Source of the DNA: Pedobacter sp.
Lineage (GTDB): Bacteria; Desulfobacterota; Desulfuromonadia; Desulfuromonadales; Syntrophotaleaceae
Reading direction: 5' to 3'
Assembly (NCBI GenBank): GCA_050253415.1
Contig: JBFWJC010000002.1
Coordinates: 32,001 to 96,000, forward strand
DNA: 64,000 nt
Positions 60,822 through 64,000 of this stretch are shown here, one piece after another. The position numbers and the translations under genes are program-made. The notes under the pieces were generated by a model, which was not told where the DNA came from, searched no databases, and was given only the letters and a program-made list of their open reading frames with translations. Positions within the stretch are counted from its first letter, which is position 1. Every line of letters begins with the position of its first letter.

Positions 60822-61565
60822 TCAGTGGGTGTGAAGGATCGTATCATGGTGCACGGCCCGCAACGGAGCGCCGTACAACTGTTCGATCATCTCGCCGGTG
60901 ATTTCCGAGGTGGCATGGCATACCAGGGTACGGTTAAGACAGGCGACCCGGGTGATGTAACGGGAGATGAAACCGATGTCGTGGGAGACGACCAGGATCG
61001 TAAGTCTCTGGCTGAGCCGCTTGAGGAGTTCGAAGACCCCTTCTTCGATTTTGGGATCGATGTGAGCGGTCGGTTCATCGAGGATCAGCACATCCGGTTG
61101 GCAGGCCAGGGCGCGGGCGATAAGGACGCGTTGCAACTGTCCGCCGGACAGGGCGGTCAGGGGGCGCTGAGCCAGGTCGGCGAGTTCCACCTCTTCCAGT
61201 GCCTGCATGGCCAGTTGGTGATCCTCGCGACGATAACCGCCGATCAGGCGTGTTTTTCCCAGTCGCCCCTGCAGTACGGTTTCCCGCACGCTGATGGGAA
61301 AGTTGCGGTCGAAGGTGGCGAATTGAGGCACATAGCCGATGCGCAGGCGCGCTTCGGACGGTGATGTACCGAATACCCGGACCTGTCCCTTTTGCGGCAC
61401 CAGTAATCCAAGGATGATTTTAAGCAAGGTGCTTTTGCCGCTGCCGTTAGGGCCGACGATGCCCAGGAATTCCTGTTCGTGGACCGTCAAGCTGACGTCC
61501 TGCAGCACCATGTGTTCTTCGTAGCGGAACGAGACGTCTTCCAGAGATATGATCGGTTCACTCAT
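60822..61565 (-). CDS. znuC: Zn/Mn ABC transporter ATPase
   Basis: GPNGSGKS, LSGGQLQR, LDEP, VSHD, His-rich tail. Confidence 0.93.
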   Translation of the reverse strand: MSEPIISLEDVSFRYEEHMVLQDVSLTVHEQEFLGIVGPNGSGKSTLLKIILGLLVPQKGQVRVFGTSPSEARLRIGYVPQFATFDRNFPISVRETVLQGRLGKTRLIGGYRREDHQLAMQALEEVELADLAQRPLTALSGGQLQRVLIARALACQPDVLILDEPTAHIDPKIEEGVFELLKRLSQRLTILVVSHDIGFISRYITRVACLNRTLVCHATSEITGEMIEQLYGAPLRAVHHDTILHTH

Positions 61566-61566
61566 G

Positions 61567-62475
61567 TCAGTTTTCCAGTGAGGTGAAAAAGGCGTTGGCG
61601 GCCTTGCGCAGATTGTCGATATAGTTCTCCGCCAGTGGGTCGATAGGCACGACCTTTCCGCCGATAGCGCGAGCTACGGTATTGGCAGTGGTACGGCTGA
61701 ACTGCGGCTGAACAAAAATAACATGGATGTTTTCCTGCCTGGCAAGGGCGATGATCCTGGCCAGACTACGGGGACCCGGCTCTTTGCCGGAAGCCTCGAT
61801 GGCGAGTTGCTGCAGGCCGTATGTATCGGCAAAATAACCCCACGAGGGGTGAAACACCAAAAATTTCCGATGCTGGATCCTGCCAAGGCGGCTGCGCAGT
61901 TGAATGTCGAGGGCTGTCAGATCTGCCGCCAGAGAATCGAAGCCGGCCTGGTAATCTTTGGCGTGCGCCGGGTCGACCTTGGTCAGGGTTGCACGGATGT
62001 GATCAGCCATGGAGCGGGCCAATACAGGGCTGGTCCAGATGTGAGGGTCGAGAGTTGCATCCGAAGGCTCTTCAGCATGGTCTGTCCCGCTATGTTCCCC
62101 CTCGTCGTGGTGATCTTCGATTTGCCGCAGGCGTATGCCGTCGCGCAGGTCGACGATGCGCAGCTTCGGATTGAGTGCCGTGATGCGTTTCATCCAGATC
62201 TGTTCAAAGGTCACACCCACCCGGAAGTATATTTGCGCCCGGCTCAGTTCCGTCATCTGGCGCGGAGTCGGCTCATAGGTGTGGGGGCTCTGGCCCGGTC
62301 CGACCATGGCCTGGGTGTTTACATGGGAACCGCCGACGCGTTCGACCAGATATTTCATGGGCAGAACGCTGACGAATACCCGAATTGGCGCATTGCCCGG
62401 TTGTTTGGCCAGGCCCGGGGTGGCCAGTGAAAGTGCAATCAGCAGGGGTGCCAGTATGCGTGTCCATCGGGTCAT
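61567..62475 (-). CDS. znuA: Zn ABC transporter substrate-binding protein
   Basis: SPHTYEP, His/acidic loop EDHHDEGEHSGTDH, DPHIW, FHPSWGYF. Confidence 0.93.
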   Translation of the reverse strand: MTRWTRILAPLLIALSLATPGLAKQPGNAPIRVFVSVLPMKYLVERVGGSHVNTQAMVGPGQSPHTYEPTPRQMTELSRAQIYFRVGVTFEQIWMKRITALNPKLRIVDLRDGIRLRQIEDHHDEGEHSGTDHAEEPSDATLDPHIWTSPVLARSMADHIRATLTKVDPAHAKDYQAGFDSLAADLTALDIQLRSRLGRIQHRKFLVFHPSWGYFADTYGLQQLAIEASGKEPGPRSLARIIALARQENIHVIFVQPQFSRTTANTVARAIGGKVVPIDPLAENYIDNLRKAANAFFTSLEN

Positions 62476-62581
62476 AAGGTCAAGCTCCGGTTGGTGACAG
62501 GTCCCTGGCATGAACAGCCGTGCCTGGGAAACTTTACGAATTATAACATGTTGCCGGCGACGTAAGGCTCATGGCGGGTCT

Positions 62582-63208
62582 TTACGCGGCCTTTTGCAGA
62601 AGCTCATGCAGAAAACCGGTCAGCCCGTGCATGGTTAGCGAAACGGCCTTGGCCGCCAGGAAAATATAAAGAATCCGCGGGATGATCATGGCGGCATAGC
62701 CACCGATAATTCGCATCAAAGAATGGGATCCGCAGGCAATCAGGTAGACGATCAGACAGCTGGCGACGGATACGGTCAGCATGTGCAGCGGGGTGCGGTT
62801 TTGGGCCAGAATGATGGTGACCGCCAGGGTTCCCGGTCCGACGATGATGGGAAAAGCCAGGGGGAAGATGGCGCGGGTACGGAAATCCTCGGAGAGCAGA
62901 TTGTAACTGAGAGAACCGCTCATGACGCCACGCACGGCGACGATAAACAGTAAGATTCCACCGGCGATGCGGAATTCATCCAGGGTGACCTCGAACAGGT
63001 GGGTCAGGCTCCAGTCACCGAGCAGGGCAAAGCCGATGATCATGGCCCCGGCGGTCAGGACGCCCAATCGGATGACGACCAGGCGCTTGGGTTTATCCAT
63101 GCCTGAGGTCAGATCACGGTAAACGGGAATATTGCCAAGCGGATTGATAACCGCGAGCAGCAGCAAAGTGTCATGAAGAAGCGTGGTAAAAGTTCCGAGG
63201 TTGTGCAT
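62582..63208 (-). CDS. marC: MarC family membrane protein
   Basis: INPLGNIP, FRIAGGILLF, PLAFPIIVGPGT. Confidence 0.9.
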   Translation of the reverse strand: MHNLGTFTTLLHDTLLLLAVINPLGNIPVYRDLTSGMDKPKRLVVIRLGVLTAGAMIIGFALLGDWSLTHLFEVTLDEFRIAGGILLFIVAVRGVMSGSLSYNLLSEDFRTRAIFPLAFPIIVGPGTLAVTIILAQNRTPLHMLTVSVASCLIVYLIACGSHSLMRIIGGYAAMIIPRILYIFLAAKAVSLTMHGLTGFLHELLQKAA

Positions 63209-63418
63209 GCCGGACTCCCTGGGGCGTTGGGGCGAAGAATTTCACCTTGAAAAGGTAAGACGGATGAAACTCTGACGCTGTTTCGGGCGGCTGTACGCGA
63301 AGTTTAGCATAGCCCAATTCTCATTACAGCAATATATTTGAACGGTGGTTGTTTGCGGGGCGCTTCGCGGCAGGGAAATGAGGGCTATGCCCAGTTGGTC
63401 CCCACGGGGACATCGTGC

Positions 63419-63447
63419 TTGACATGCCAGGGGCAAAGGGCTAGAAA
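63419..63447 (+). promoter_or_regulatory. Sigma70 promoter
   Basis: TTGACA-N17-TAGAAA. Confidence 0.55.
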
Positions 63448-63577
63448 AAAAGAGCCTTTAGGTGCCGAAAGGGTGCTCGACCGTTTGCTCTGCAGCCCTT
63501 GGCAAACCGTTACCCCGGCTCGGGGCACAGGTCGAACGCACCTGGTCCCCGGTTGTTTTTGGAGGTTCGACAGCAGC

Positions 63578-64000
63578 ATGCTTGAACAGGACGCGCAACA
63601 ACTCAACCAACGGTTTTCCAGTCAGATCCCCATGGCCCGGCAGATGGGGCTTCGCATCACGGCCTGGGACGGATGCAGTCTGCGCATGGACGCGCCGCTG
63701 GCTCCCAACCTCAACGACAAGGGCACGGGATTTGCCGGGTCGATAGCGACGCTGGCCACCTTTGCCGGTTGGGCGGTGGCAACCTTGCTGGCAGAAAAAG
63801 TGGTTGGGACGCATTGTGAGGCGGCGGTATTCGAGAGCGAGATAAGTTATCGTGCTCCGGTTACCGGAGATTTTTACGCGCTGGTTCCGGTGCCCTCAAC
63901 AGAGGACATGCAAGCTTTCGAGGCGTCTCTCGCAGAACGGGGGCGCGCCAAGTTGACCCTGACCGCCACTATCTTCCAGGACGGTGTAGGAAAAGTCCGC
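63578..64000 (+). CDS. YiiD C-terminal-like hotdog thioesterase domain protein; runs off the window
   Basis: Hand translation MLEQDAQQLNQRFSSQIPMARQMG..APLAPNLNDKGTGFAGSIATLATFAGW; RBS GGAGG. Confidence 0.85.
   Translation, partial: MLEQDAQQLNQRFSSQIPMARQMGLRITAWDGCSLRMDAPLAPNLNDKGTGFAGSIATLATFAGWAVATLLAEKVVGTHCEAAVFESEISYRAPVTGDFYALVPVPSTEDMQAFEASLAERGRAKLTLTATIFQDGVGKVR

Noticed and set aside
62530..62556. Zur box upstream of znuA
   Set aside because: Only a half-site (TATAACAT) is visible; no convincing full palindrome.

Overview
A mostly GC-rich chromosomal window, probably from a Desulfuromonadales-type deltaproteobacterium (Pelobacter/Syntrophotalea-like; inferred from gene content only). 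Core content: tol-pal operon, threonine ammonia-lyase, pyk-queC-folE2-DUF2064, a dihaem cytochrome c, fabH, a large MscS channel, a complete N-ATPase operon (atpDCQRBEFAG), a MarR-linked RND efflux system whose TolC carries an extra N-terminal periplasmic-binding-like domain, cysM, a UbiD decarboxylase, a sigma54-driven porin locus with two SHOCT paralogues, a PNPOx-like/dikinase/dodecin cluster, tatD-tcdA-tauE, a TRAP transporter with USP, znuACB, marC and a YiiD-like thioesterase. The most notable signals are absent from the supplied ORF track. (1) The left edge (1-~1374) is the end of an AT-richer mobile element with a Tn554 TnpA-like tyrosine recombinase (<1-1198, minus) that cuts pncB right after the codon for the conserved His of GTMAH; the element end has repeated motifs and a terminator. 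(2) A decayed orphan cobalamin riboswitch lies at ~5500-5660 (minus). (3) A family of nested 9-bp-period inverted-repeat elements occupies four intergenic sites, two of them homologous composite copies. (4) There are fossils of a SHOCT+ubiD tandem duplication and of a collapsed efflux operon. (5) There is an unannotated 56-aa CxxC lipoprotein. No rRNA, tRNA or CRISPR array was found. All protein calls are from motif recognition by eye; no database searches were run.
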